Shown: positions 12,617 through 26,720 of the stretch, piece after piece
Position numbering within the stretch: the first letter of the stretch is position 1
Layout: each line of letters starts with the position of its first letter
NCBI RefSeq assembly: GCF_006345805.1
Contig: NC_043001.1
Coordinates: 117,180,001-117,244,000 of the forward strand
Direction of reading: 5' to 3'
DNA length: 64,000 nt
Source: Octopus sinensis
Lineage: Eukaryota
The notes under the pieces: model-generated
The model's input: the letters and a program-made list of their open reading frames with translations, nothing else
Database searches by the model: none
What the model was told of the DNA's origin: nothing
Position numbers and translations under genes: made by a program

Positions 12617-13367
12617 TAATATATACTTATATATTATACATACATACATATATACATACATACATGCTTTTATAAATGCAAGGTATGGAGAAAATATTTC
12701 GCAAAGCTGACAGTTAGATATACTTAAAAGTAGTTTCAATGAGGAACATTCATATAACAGAAATTCCAATAAATAATTGATTGTTTAATATAGAGTATAC
12801 ATCAAAATAGGCTTTTTAACTGCTGCAGATCGAGGGACATTCCATCTCACCAAGCTGCAGTGCTTGTTGTTCTCTCTCTGTGTGTGATGTGTGTGTCTGT
12901 GTGTGTGTGTGTGTGTGTGTACTTTGTGTTGATAAAATGTCTTTAACCCAATTTTAATTGTCTGGGTCATTTCTTTTTGTTTTTGTAATTCCATTTTTAT
13001 TGCGGTTGTGTGAGGGTCAGCTCTTATTCTCTAACCAAGAACTGAGATTCCCAACATGAAATTCCGACTGCAAAACTTCTAGAGAGAAAATTCATGTTAC
13101 ACTTGTTTTGCAGTTAAAGTTCTTACAATCAGGAACAGAGATCAAATCTGATCAACTTGAAAAAGTATCCATGACTGTAAGCTGTACTCGAGTCCAGTAA
13201 CCTAACTCTTTTGGAAAAATTCATTAAACCGGCTCATTTAGTCAACAACGTTGGTGCTTTAGTAGTCCTGTGGGCAAGGATATGAGTTGACATCAGCTTA
13301 TTATCTTGGTCAGGGTTCAATTCCGCCCGGGAACTACACTAAGCGGTCTTACTATATATTTTTTTAT

Positions 13368-13493
13368 AGATGCAGGCGTAGCTGTGTGGTAAGAAGCTTG
13401 CTTCTCAACCTTGGCTAAGTGTCTTCTACTGTAGCCTCGGGCCGACCAAAGCCTTGTGAGTGGATTTGGTAGACGGAAACTGAAAGAAGCCTG

Positions 13494-13529
<36 letters not shown>

Positions 13530-13745
13530 GTATGTGTGTGTGCGTATCTATGTACATGTGACTGTGTTTTGTCTCGCATCACCCCTTGACAACCAGTGTT
13601 GGTGTGTTTACGTCCCTGTTACTTAGCGGTTCGGCAATAGAGACCGACAGAATAAGTACTTGGCTTCATAAAAAGTCCTGGGGGTGCGATTTGTTCGACC
13701 AAATCTACTGAAGGCGGTATCCTAGCATGACTGAAACAAGTAAAA
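13368..13745 (+). mobile_element. SINE family A (only plus-strand copy)
   Basis: Reverse complement of the 8471-8876 type, with a small deletion in the head. Confidence 0.8.
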
Positions 13746-14429
13746 ACTAAAACAACACCGTTCTTCAGGTTTTGGGTTTTGGGTGATTGCATGCAACAGT
13801 AATACAAGAATGGTTATTATTACGAATATTTTATTTATTTCCCGGATACTTCAAACGGAGTAATAAGATCACTATTTCAAAGAATTCCTTTCCCCCACAG
13901 ACTTAATCGTATAAGGTCCCTCAACATTGGAATAGTTACTGCATACATACTTCTTTATTATGGAAATAAATTTGCTTAGTGTCAGATCTCTCAGTATTTT
14001 TAAAACTAGGTAAGCATGACGCTACACTTCAGTTCCTATTCAACGTATGATATTATCATTGACTTCTGAAATTGCGGTCTAAAATACTGGTCGCCATGAG
14101 AAATGTGCTTTCTCTTGACATAAGTAATATCAAAATCATCCGCTTTCTGGTACGACCCACCTCAAAGACATAAACTTTTAGAAGTTGTTTGCGTGGATTA
14201 AAAATAAATTCAAGATATCTGTGACCAGATCTAAACAGAAAGTTTTTGCTAAGTAAAAAATGACGTGCCTGGTTTGTGGCTCACACAGTTGTGAAAGCTA
14301 CATTTTCAATGTTTGAATAATTAGATTCAGTAGCAGTTAACCTCCTTTGTAAATGTGATTATCCTGCCGCAAATTTTCTAACAATTAGTCAACATAACTG
14401 AACCGTGCCAGAAGTTTACAGTTATTCAA

Positions 14430-14441
14430 ATGCACATATAT

Positions 14442-14522
<81 letters not shown>

Positions 14523-14768
14523 TATATATATTTAGACAGACAGATAGACAGACAGATAGATAGATATATAGATAGATACATACATACATACATAGATACA
14601 TACATACATACATACATACATACATACATGCATACATACATACATACATACATACATACATACATACATACATACATGCATACATACATACATACATGCA
14701 TACATACATACATACATACATACATGCATACATACATACATACATACATGCATACATACATACATATC
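14430..14768. repeat. Compound microsatellite (TA)n-(GACA/GATA)n-(CATA)n
   Basis: Direct reading; a similar ladder in the opposite orientation at 15864-16115. Confidence 0.9.
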
Positions 14769-14964
14769 CATGAGTAGATACGCTAAACAGGCGTCACATC
14801 AGTCGCTGATGTGACGCCTTTGTTAAGATCAAAACCCGTGAGCATTTTTAAATTATCGAAGGCTCTGTGGTGCTTATTTCTGCAACCAAATTCAAAATTT
14901 TCTCGAGCAATTTTCGAAATGCAACGATAATTTAAGAATATGCTTGCAAATATTGGCTTCAAGT

Positions 14965-15135
14965 TTTGGTACAAGGCCAACAATTTCGAGGGAGGGGTAA
15001 GTCGATTGCATCGACCCCAGTGTTCAACTGGTACTCATTTTATCGATTCCAAAAGGACGAAAAGCAAAATCGACCCCGATGGAATTTAAACTCAGAATTG
15101 AAAACAGACGAAATGCCACTAAGCATTTAGCCCAG
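14965..15135 (-). mobile_element. SINE family B, partial
   Basis: AGTCGATTGCATCGACCCCAGTG...AACTCAGAA...CTAAGCATTT. Confidence 0.75.
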
Positions 15136-15963
15136 CTCTCTGCCTTTACGTAATCAAATATTGGCTATAAAAATGTATCAAATCTAAAGAGAACTTATTT
15201 ATTAAGATGGTGGAGAATCAACTAATATTTTCAGGACCAAATCTTAATTTTGACAACCGCCTTTTGAATTGCCCCAAAACAATAGCTTATTACTATTAAA
15301 GCTACATTCTCTGAGTTAATAGCCATACCTGCGTCTCAGACGATTCAATGTTATCTTGATCTTCAAGTTCAGTTCCTCCGAGCTAGTTACACCCAAGAAT
15401 ATATGCTATCCTGATAAATAAATTTTATTTTTTAATATCGCTCCTCAAAGTTGCACGTTGAGAAATAGCAGTGGCAGTTTTGGCGCTTGAAGACATTCAT
15501 GTTCACCTCAACAAACCAATATGAGCGATAAGTTTCTTAGGAATCAACATCTATTTGAATTTGGTGGTTTTAAACCCGCAGAGAGAATTCTTAGAAAACC
15601 ACCTCCTAGAGATGGTTCAATATTAGGGGTTGCCCGAACAAATCTTGTAATTAGCATCTAAACTGTAGTCACCACAGATATGCAAATCTCTTTCTGATTT
15701 TCATACTAATATAACAAAGAAAGAACGTCCATTTGCAGTCAGTTGGTAGAACATGTTCTAATGTATCCTGTTCAATAATTTTGCATAACTCACAACTGGT
15801 ATCTGTACATATGAGACCAGTTTATTTTCCTCTGAGTCGCTGTTTAGCGTATCTACACATTGATATGTATGTATGTATGTACGTACGTACGTATGTATGT
15901 ATGTATGTATGTATGTATGTATGTATGTATGTATGTATGTATGTATGTATGAATGTATGTATG

Positions 15964-16046
<83 letters not shown>

Positions 16047-17819
16047 TATTCTACGTCTATCGTCTGTCTGTCTGTCTATATATATATATATTATATTATA
16101 TATATATATATATATAATAATATTTAATAAGCACTTGAATAACTGTAAACATCTGGCACGGTTCAGTTATGTCGACTAATTTCTTCTTATTTTTGCTTGT
16201 TTTCAACTATTTTCGGCCGAGTGTGTTTGTATTAGCGTAGATAGATTTAAATCTCAAATATTCAATTATTGTTTTCCAGGGACATGATTCCGAAATACAG
16301 TCCCCGCACCCTATCTCTTCAAACGTGACAAAGCCAATTAATATCAACACACTTTATGAAGAGTAAGAATTCCGTGGTTACCCAACGATTCATTAAACAT
16401 TACCAGGCATTAAAACTACAAAAGTGTGTATGTGAATATGTTTAAGTTGGAAAAATTGACCTTCTTACTTAAAAGAATGCCAAAATTATAAGATGTCTGA
16501 GAGTGGTGAGCTGGAAAAAGAGACGAAAATGCTTCATAATATTTAGTTTTATCTCCTCTATGTTCTGTGTTAAAATTCTGCTTGAATCTTTTTAACTTTT
16601 CATTTCTCTTAGAATCGATAAAAACAAGTATCAGTAATAAAACGAAGGCGATTTTAACGACTGTAATCACTTCCAGCATATAAATTAGCTTTGTGTCTAG
16701 TCGAAAATAAGTCAATATTGTATGATATATGTGAAACGAAAACAAAGAAATAGAGAGAGAAAAAAATGAAGAAAGGCGTTTTCCGTTGTTATTTTTCCTT
16801 TTCTTCAATTCAGTTCGAAAGAGAAACACGTAACAAAGGAAAAAACATTTCAGGGAAACGAAAATGAAATCCGTAATAAATTTCTCCGGCGAGTAAGATA
16901 TAAGTCTACAGCTTGGAGACTTATAATATGATTGAATAACTTCCATAGATAATCAAATTATAGAATTATCGAATTAAACTATTTTGTTTGATGCAGGGTT
17001 TTTTTCCTCAGGGGGTTATAATGCGTTATGGTGGTGGTGGTGGTGCTGCTACTTCTGGTTGTGGAGGGGGTGGAGGTAATCGGTGAGTGTCCTAGAAGAG
17101 TATATTAAACGAACTAATTTCTTTCCTTTATTCCTCTCTTTTGTTTTAGGGATTGAAAAGGAATTATCTTTTGTATAGTGTTTATTTTAGTTTTTGTATC
17201 TTTTTATTTAAATTATGTCTATACACCCACCTCAGTCGTCTATAAAAATTAGAGCTGAGCAGAATAACAACATGAATATATATCTCCTTCTTCCCCCACC
17301 CCAGTGGGAATTACATAGAAGGAAATACAACAGTTAATAATCTGCAAAATATTCTTTAAAAAAATAAGATTCCTTCTTTCTGAAGTCTTGAGAATAAGCA
17401 GAAGAATTCCGTTGCGTTATGCTCATGGTAATTAAAATCTGCATTCTATAGAAAGGTAAAAGTAAATCAATCAATAAACAAATACGCAAAGCAATAATAA
17501 TGATACTGATGATGATAATAATAAAAATAATGATGGAATAGTAAAGGCAATAATGAAAACAATGACGATGGTGAAGCTGATGAGGATGATTGATGGTAAA
17601 AGTGAAGATGGCGATGGTTGGGAGATGATAGTGATGATAAATGCTAATAGCAACAAAGTAATAAGTTTGTGGGTGTGTCTGTGTGCGTGCTCCGATGTGT
17701 ATGATTGTACACACACACACACACACACATACACAGAGAAGAGCACGCACACACGCATATATATGTATATACACATATGTATGTGTGAGTGTGTGTGTGT
17801 ATGTATATATTTATATGCA

Positions 17820-18030
17820 TTCTTTTATTCTTTTTGTTTCAGTCGTTTGACTGCGGCCATGCTGGAGCACCGCCTTTGGTCGAACGAATCGACACCAGGA
17901 CTTATTCTTTGTAAGCCCAGTACATACTCTATCGGTCTCCTTTGCCGAACCGCAAAGTTACGGGGACGTGAACACACCAACATCGGTTGTCAAGCGACGG
18001 CCGGGGGGGATGGAAGCAAACATAGACACG
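17820..18030 (-). mobile_element. SINE family A, tail half
   Basis: TGTTTCAGTCGTTTGACTGCGGCCATGCTGGAGCACC... Confidence 0.75.
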
Positions 18031-18043
18031 CAAACACACATAC

Positions 18044-18131
<88 letters not shown>

Positions 18132-18389
18132 GCACGTAAAGACGGATGAAATGCCGCTAAGCATTTTGCCCGACATGCTAACGATTCTACCAGCTAACAA
18201 CTTTAATAATAATAATGATAATGATGATGATGATGATGATGATGATGATGTTGGCTCAAAGATACGAGGCAGACAAAAAAAAACCCCGAAATTTTTGCAT
18301 CATTAGATATCAAAAATGAATTGACTTAGAATCTTTGGTCTCTGGTCACCTCAATTATTGTGTTTAGAAACAACAGAACGTATCATTAC

Positions 18390-18790
18390 ACTCCAAAATC
18401 TGTATTTATTGATTGTTTTTCTTTACAAAACCACAGCACAGCATTTCCTGAACTGTGGTATGGATTGAACCGTGGACATGACTTCAGAGCAAGTTGGTAG
18501 TCTTTCAAATGAAGTACTTATTCCGAATCTTCGGAGTATAGCGGACGAACAACTCGTAGGATGATTAGATCGAATTTTAATATTTTTAAAAATGAAAGTA
18601 TGTTTTGAGGTTGTCATCTCAAACTTCGAGTGTTTTAGAAAATGGCGGTGCAAAAACTCTATGAAAGTTTAGTGTTGTGACGGACCAGTAGCGTACAAGA
18701 AGCTAAGCATTGTTTTCTGGTATAAAAATGGCAATACTGTTTTTAAAAACTTAAATACTTGTATAATTACTGCATTACAAAGTCGTGTAA

Positions 18791-18824
<34 letters not shown>

Positions 18825-19105
18825 CGACAGAGAGAGAGGACAGAGCCAGAGACAGAGAGAGAGAGACAACAGACACAGACAGAGACAGCAGACAGAGAGA
18901 GACAGACAACAGAAACAGACAGACAGACAGAAACAGACAGCATACAGACATAGCCGAGAGAGATAGAGATAGAGAGAGAGAGAGAGGAGAGAGAGAGAAG
19001 AGAGGAGAGAGAGAGAGACAAGACATACTAGACAAGACAGACAGACAGAGACAGACAGACAGACAGAGAGAGACAGACAGACAGACAGAGAGAAGCAGAC
19101 AGACA

Positions 19106-19138
<33 letters not shown>

Positions 19139-19400
19139 TGACAGACAAACAGAGACAGACAGAGACAGACAAACAGACAGAGAGACAGACAGAGACAGAA
19201 AGAGTGGGAAAGAGAGAGGAGGTGGTGCCGAAGTACTGATGAATTGCATTGACTCAGCTATTGAATTGAAAACATTATGGCGCCCTAGAAAAGTGTATAT
19301 CATCCATTTTAAGCTGGTGCATCATTTAAATTTAAATTTTAGATAATATAACATTTACTTCTGCAACGACATCTGTAAAGATGGATATAACCATGTTTTA
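18390..19400 (-). mobile_element. Possible highly decayed Tc1-type transposase remnant split by a (GA/GACA)n tract
   Basis: Weak minus-strand motifs: KFNLNDAP (compare KFNLDGPDG), FIPENNA (compare FQQDNA), SIPQFRKCCAVVL*RKTINKY (compare SMPxRxxAVIxxKGxxTKY). Confidence 0.35.
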
Positions 19401-19416
19401 GGAAATGAACATATAC

Positions 19417-19817
19417 TCTCTTTTACTTGTTTCAGTCATTTGACTGCGGCCATGCTGGAGCACCGCCTTTAATCGAGCAACTCGACCCCGGGACTTATTC
19501 TTTGTAAGCCCAGTACTTATTCTATCGGTCTCTTTTGCCGAACCGCTAAGTGACGAGGACATAAACACACCAGCATCTGTTGCCAAGCAATGATAGGGGG
19601 ACAAACACAGACACACAAACATACACGCATATATATATATATATATACATATATACGACGGGCTTCTTTCAGTTTCCATCTACCAAATCCACTCACAAGG
19701 CTTTGGTCGGCCCGAGGCTATAGTAGAAGACACTTGTCCAAGGTGCCACGCAGTGGGACTGAACCCGGAACCATGTGGTTGGTAAACTAGCTACTTACCA
19801 CACAGCCACTTCTGCGC
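19417..19817 (-). mobile_element. SINE family A
   Basis: Full-length match to 8471-8876. Confidence 0.85.
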
Positions 19818-20167
19818 AGACATAAATAAACGAATGTAAATAAAACATAGAACTACACACGGGTGACCCCCTTTGCTTCCATGTATTCGTTAATATGTAC
19901 ACATAATGTTCAGTTTCGAAGATACCCGAAAATAACTGAGGTAGTTCTTATTAGCAGTCTGCAACATTCTTTTTTTTCACAATCTGCACTTTATCTTTCC
20001 CTGTCTTTCGTTCTGATTTTCCATTAGTCCGTCGTTCGTTAACCGAAAGATTGCGAAATTAATACAGATCCAAAACAGCATTGTTTCTCCTCGTACAGTT
20101 TTTAAAAAATATTTTCCACTTTTCCCGACGGTTTGTCACCCTAATTATTCTTCATCGTCCCCCCATT

Positions 20168-20593
20168 ATCTATTTCTTTATTGCCCACAAGGGGCTAAAC
20201 ATAGAGGGGACAAATAAGGACAGATAAACGGATTAAGTCGATTACAACGACCCCAGTGCGAAACTGGTACTTTATTTATCGACCCCGAAAGGATGAAAGG
20301 CAAAGTCGACCTCAGCGGAATTTGAACTCAGAACGTAGCGGCAGACGAAATACCTATTTCCTATTTCTTTATTACCCACAAGGGGCTAAACACAGAGGGG
20401 ACAAACAAGGACAGACATAGGTATTAAGTCGATTACATCGACCCCAGTGCGAAACTGGTACTTTATTTATCGACCCCGAAAGGATGAAAGGCAAAGTCGA
20501 CCTCGGCGGAATTTGAATTCAGAACGTAGCGGCAGACGAAATACCGCTAAGCATTTCACCCGACTTGCTAACGATTCTGCCAGCTCGCCGCCT
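20168..20593 (-). mobile_element. Two tandem SINE family B copies (the first truncated)
   Basis: Repeated CCCACAAGGGGCTAAAC...GACCCCGAAAGGATGAAAGGCAAAGTCGACCTC units. Confidence 0.85.
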
Positions 20594-21397
20594 TATCGCA
20601 AGGTAATGAGGTTTACTACTAGATGGGGCTAGTGGAGGGGAATTCTACTTTTGCTGTTGTGGTTGTTGTCGCTTCTTCAACTGTTCTTTTGATGACATAT
20701 CAAATCCCATTCACTTCTGTTTTCGCGAAGGAAAGGTATGTCACTCTATTCTTGTCCGCTCTGAGACAAATTACTGTAACTAGATTCAACCTATGTCATT
20801 AAACCGCAATTTGATTTCTAATACTTATGAAGGGAATTGTTGCTAGTACATTTGTTAACATCTTGTATTTCCACGTTGTTATTGTTGCTAGATATTTTGT
20901 TTATTTTGAAAATTTGTGTTCCCGGGTGTGAAGTTATGACCGCCAGGACTGCTATTACATTTGTTTGTTTCACTGTTATCTTGTCCATTTTTAAAATTAT
21001 TTTCTCAGCTTATCTTTTCTTTTCAAATTCGTTGTCGTGTCAACAACTTCTTGGAGTAAGAACGTATCCATTGCTCATCCTTCAATTTTATGTTTGTTTC
21101 TGTCTATAACATCAATGTAGTTGCGTGGTCTTAATCATCGATTAGGGAGCGGATGTCTCCAAAATATAATGTCTGATATGACCTGTTGTTCAGCACGAAG
21201 GCAGTGGTCAGCAAAGCGTTTAACAATTATTGGAGAGATGGTAAAATACCCTTTACTACCTCACATTGAAAAATGTAAACACGACAAAAGTTTCATAGAA
21301 AATTAAAGTAATGGTTAAAAGACAAAGCCTATCGTTTTATAAAGTTTATTCCAATGCTCCTAGGTATTGGGATAACTGTTCGTAATTTCTCTTTTGT

Positions 21398-21645
21398 GGA
21401 GGCGCGTGGCTTAGTGGTTAGGGTGTCAGAATCATGATCGCAAGATTGTGGTTTCGATTCCTGCACCGGGCGACGCGTTGTGTTCTCGAGCGAAACACTT
21501 CATTTCACGGTGCTCCAGTCCACTCAGCTGGCAAAAATGAGTAACGCTGCGATGGACTGGCGCCCTGTCCAGCTGGGGAGCACATATGCCATTGAAACCG
21601 GGAAACCGGGCCCATGAGCCTGGTTAGGCTTTAAAAGGGTGCAAA
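21398..21645 (+). mobile_element. tRNA-derived SINE, family C
   Basis: GGAGGCGCGTGGCTTAGTGGTTAG (A box)...GGTTTCGATTCC (B box); reverse copy at 63505-63745. Confidence 0.8.
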
Positions 21646-21829
21646 AAAAAATCGTCTTCCACCCAGTTAAGTTTAGCAATAACCCCCAAATCTTTTCGAG
21701 CTGTGCTCTCACCTGTCCGCTTGTCTTAGAATACAATAGCAATACTAATGATTTCATATTTTGGCAGAGAACCAGCAGTTGTTTGAAGGGAGGAGGCAAA
21801 TCAATTACATTCACCCTAGTACTCGTTTA

Positions 21830-21965
21830 GTACTTATTTTATCGACCTCGAAAGAATGAAAGGTAAAGTCGACATCAGCAGAATTTGAACTCAGAATGTA
21901 AAGATGGACGAAATACTGCTAAGCGTTTTGCTCAGCGTCCTAACGATTCTGCCAGCTGGCCACCT
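21830..21965 (-). mobile_element. SINE family B, partial
   Basis: GTACTTATTTTATCGACCTCGAAAGAATGAAAGG...AACGATTCTGCCAGCT. Confidence 0.75.
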
Positions 21966-22079
21966 AACGCACAATAGTAATAAAAATAAGCATGATAATA
22001 ACAACAGCAGCAGCAGCAGTAGCAGCAGCAACAGCAACTAACAATAATTATAATGACTTGGAGAATTATGATGATTATA

Positions 22080-22112
22080 ATCATGATGATAATAGAGATG
22101 ATGATGATGATA

Positions 22113-22182
<70 letters not shown>

Positions 22183-22231
22183 CGATGATGATGACGATGA
22201 TGATGACGATGATGATGACGATGATAATGAC

Positions 22232-22268
<37 letters not shown>

Positions 22269-22270
22269 GT
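22080..22270. repeat. (GAT)n microsatellite
   Basis: Direct reading; explains the poly-D, poly-M and poly-S ORFs. Confidence 0.95.
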
Positions 22271-23259
22271 TTATGGAGCAGAAGAGAAGAGGCTGTTAAT
22301 AACTTCTGCAATTATTAACAAATCTACAAAAGAAATATGGAAAATTGTTTCTTCTTTCCAAAGAAAAATATGATTAAAGACAAATTAAGGGGGGGGGGTG
22401 GAGAAAGTCGGGGGGAAAGGTTAAAAATGGCGAATTAATTTCTTAATCAACTCAAACATTCTTTGCTATTCGTAATCTGTTTCGCTTTCTTTCTCTCCGT
22501 CTTTGTTTGTCTCACAGACAGCATAATAAATTATAATATAGTTATACACATATATACATATAAACATACATACATACATATTCATATATGTATATATATA
22601 TATATATACATATACACACATATATATACATGTAAATGTATACAAATGTACATACATACTTACATACATGCATACATGCATACATACATACACTTACTAC
22701 ACACACACACACACACACACAAGCAAACACGCACACACACACACACACTTCTCCAAGTGCCATATTTTAACCTGCAGGTAAAATACTTCCTTTTTCAATG
22801 TTTATTTAATTGTCATCACGAAGAAAAGTAATTGAATTGTCACACTTAGTTGTTGTTGTTGTTGGTGGTGGTGCTAGTGGTGATGCTGCTGCTGCTGCTG
22901 ATGATGATGATGATGACGACTGTGATGGCGACGACGACCTCAATGATGACAATATCAGCAAAGACCAAGGTGACAGTGACGATGACAACGACGATGACAA
23001 CGAGGACATGATGACAGACGGGTCACAATATTCGGTTTTCATTCCCAGTTAAAATTGTCTTAATTCAATTGTTATTATTGCTGCTGTTGTTTTTATTGTT
23101 GTTGTTGTTGTTGTTGTTGTACAGTCTCAGAGGATTCAAGCTTGATTTAGGTAGCTAGGTGAGATATAGAGAAATGGCTTTGTCTAACAGAGGCCAATCT
23201 GATATGTTGTTTGCGCAAGATGTGGGAAAAACGACAAAGTTATTTTAGCACTAATAATA

Positions 23260-23660
23260 TCTATATATATAAAGCTGAAATTGTCTGTCTGTGTGTGGCA
23301 GGTTTGGTAGCCTTCAACTAACACTATCACCTCCGAGACCCTGCGGCGCAAGTTGACCAAAATTGAGAGTATGATAGAAGAAGACTTGCACTTCATTCCG
23401 TAGAAGATAAAATTCAAATCGGACCATGTTAACACCAAAAATTATTTACATCAAAAAGGCGCTTTTTTTTCTATGAAAATCCCTATTTTTTACAATATTT
23501 TGACTGCTGTATCGCCATTTTTCGGTGTATTTCAACCAGAAAAATGTTCACTTAAAGAGAATAACAAGCTACATAATGCAAAATTTTTACTTTTCAAAAA
23601 TTCCAATTCTAAAGGGTCGAAAAGAAAACAAACCCGAGCAACGCCGGGCAATACTGCTAG
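23260..23660 (+). mobile_element. Non-autonomous Helitron (401 bp)
   Basis: A|TC 5' end at 23260, subterminal hairpin CCCGAGCAACGCCGGG (23633-23648), CTAG|T 3' end at 23660, AT target, no TSD. Confidence 0.8.
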
Positions 23661-25499
23661 TTATACATTAAACTTTCTAGATATCGTCAACCTCAGTATC
23701 TGAGGTGCAGTAATCAAGAATTTTCCATTGTCTCGGAGGAGTTTTTAAATGTGTTTGTTATGTGAATAAAAGGGGTACAATTATAGAGTGGCTTCTGCTT
23801 GGCTTCGAACCATCTCTCTCAGATTCCTAGATTTCCATAAAAGGCAAGACCAGCTAAGAGAAATTAACTGTCGCCATAAAAGGCCTTAATTTCAACTTGA
23901 ACCCGATTTGACCGATCAGATCAGCATCATCATTATTAAATCATTAATCATGAAAATAGGTCCACACTTCTGCCATGCTCTCAAAAGACTTATATATTTA
24001 ACAGAAGTCAGGTAATAATAGACGAAAGGAACCCGTCTTTAATTATAAATTGCAGTGTAAATAGTCGAAGATAGAAACTTTGCTTTATTTCACAAAATTT
24101 TATCGCTATATAGCATTTGAAGTCATAGATGACTTCCTGGTCCATTGACTGTAGACAAGTCGTGACGTTGGGCAGTAAATAACGCGCGCGCGCGCACACA
24201 CGTGGTCTGATCAATAAGTATCAGAGACTGGCAAATGCATTATTCCATTGTCAGGAGCATTTGAGCAATTAAGTAATGCCAATTCGTTTGTATTATTTTT
24301 GAAACTGCCAACATTTGCTTCATTGGAACTAGACAATGATTAGATATTACTAGTAAAGACCAGTTTGGTCTGTGTTGCATTTTTGACTAGTTGTGAGATT
24401 ATCTTTAGAAGGTCATCAAATATCGAACTGAACTCTACAGTCGCTGCTGAGTCCGTTGATTATTGCCAACAATGCCCGATTTTACTATATCATGCAGTAA
24501 CTTAGCCAGCACTGTCTTGTTTTGCTATTTCATATCGTATCTTAAATTTGGCCTCTCAACCATCTGAAATAACAACTGAAGTTTCCAAATCAACTTTCTT
24601 TAAAATCCTTAGCTTCTAAATGCGAGCTAATTTTTCTTGGTATAATCATTTCGCCAGGAAACACAAAACAAGCTGGTTTATCACTAGTTATAATGTTATT
24701 CTCTTTTGTTTCTTCTTGGTGTCTCTAGACATCTCTAGACATCACTAAGTATCTCTAGACATCACATCATACTTTTACAAAGAATCAAAGGTGTTTCACA
24801 TTTCTGGGCGGTGTTCATTTTACAAACTGTAGAAGCAGATGTGAACAAGTCTGTGGTTGTCGGCAGTTTTCTTTATGGGATGATGATTTTCTAAAGTACC
24901 ATGGACTTAGATTTTTCGTTAATTTGGAAGTCAAAATTTTAGGTAGTTTACTGTTTCTCATTGAAAGTTTGACATATTTGATAAATCTGCATTCTTTGAA
25001 AATTCTATAATATTGAACACATTGTGGATTATATAAAAAATAGTGGGTGGGTGAAATTTTTGAAAGAAAATTTGTAAGTGGAGACTATGTAAAGGGGTTA
25101 TGGTAACCCTGTATTATGTTAAAACTTAAATGAACTTGATTGATAGTGAATATTTGCAACACAGAAGCAAACTCGTAAATAGAAAAAAATTGAAGTTTTT
25201 CCTGGTAAAGATAATCAATTTACCGCTCGTCCTTCAATTCATATACACACAAGCACACATACAAACACACACACACACACGAACACACACATACACACAC
25301 ACACACACACCACACACACACACACACACATACACACACGCACACACACACATACACACACGCACACATACACATACACACATGCATGGATCCACACACG
25401 CATATATACATACACACATACACGATTACGCACTTGAATGCATGCGTATGTACATCCACACATACGTACGTAAGTATCGGCACAACATACATATAGGTG

Positions 25500-25549
<50 letters not shown>

Positions 25550-26296
25550 ATATATATGTACGTTTGTTAATACATCAATGAATGTATCTAGGAATCTATA
25601 CACATATTGTCTGTTGATGCGATGGAAGGTTTGTAGTTAGTTTTTCTAAAACCATTTACATACTCCTCAACGCACAGATGCAGGCATGAACGGATATATA
25701 CGCGTGCGTATACATTTACATGCGTACTTACAAGCACGCATGTACAAACATGTGTTTGTGTATTCTGTGTGTGTGTGTGTATGTGTTTATGCGTACCTAT
25801 ATGCTTATGCATGCAAACTTTTCTCAAAGTGTACACGTATATATGCATGAAGCAGCATACATACACAAGATCATTTTTTTGTTGTTACAATTACACATTA
25901 ATGTTTTCGCAACCCTTCTTTTCGTACCATTTTTTTTCAGCATGATTGCTTGTTAAGTCTTCTTTTGTTAAATTCCATCTTGTAACCAAAATGCAGCTAA
26001 CTCAGAAATACAGAATATATTTGTGACGATTATACCATTGGACAGAATAAAGTTAAATTCAAATTCTTGTCTCATCCATTTCATGGAAGCTTCAATTTAA
26101 CAGTGAGAATCGATAGATATTTTCATTACATGATGGCGTGTTATCACGGTTCGAAATGCTATACACAGGACGCTCACCTTTAATCCTGCAACCTGTCATT
26201 CAGTTTCATTAGTTAAAATTGTTTAGAAGTAGAAAGCCTCTACTTTAAAAGTGGTCATTCAAATTATTTCTCTAAATCTAAATGTTTAACGTCTTA

Positions 26297-26336
<40 letters not shown>

Positions 26337-26457
26337 GAAAACATTGAACTTGTGACCTATGGTATACAAAAACACATGTCGACCAGGCTAGAACATCTTT
26401 GTTCGTAATCCTTCATGACTAGAAACGACCTGGAGCTAAACATAATGATAACGACAG

Positions 26458-26720
<263 letters not shown>

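Noticed and set aside
11437-12769. Long MYVC/HTYI-repeat ORFs (up to 273 aa), also near 14426, 15733, 25130, 31046, 35487 and 44259
   Set aside because: Stop-free readings of (TATG)n, (CA)n and (TA)n microsatellites.
21992-23052. Poly-Asp, poly-Met and poly-Ser ORFs resembling acidic biomineralisation proteins
   Set aside because: Pure (GAT)n tracts without a signal peptide or splice support.
24180-24900. Complex non-repetitive stretch suspected to be a decayed coding sequence (also 13900-14300 and 15300-15700)
   Set aside because: No ORF or protein motif that I could recognise in any frame; needs a translated search.
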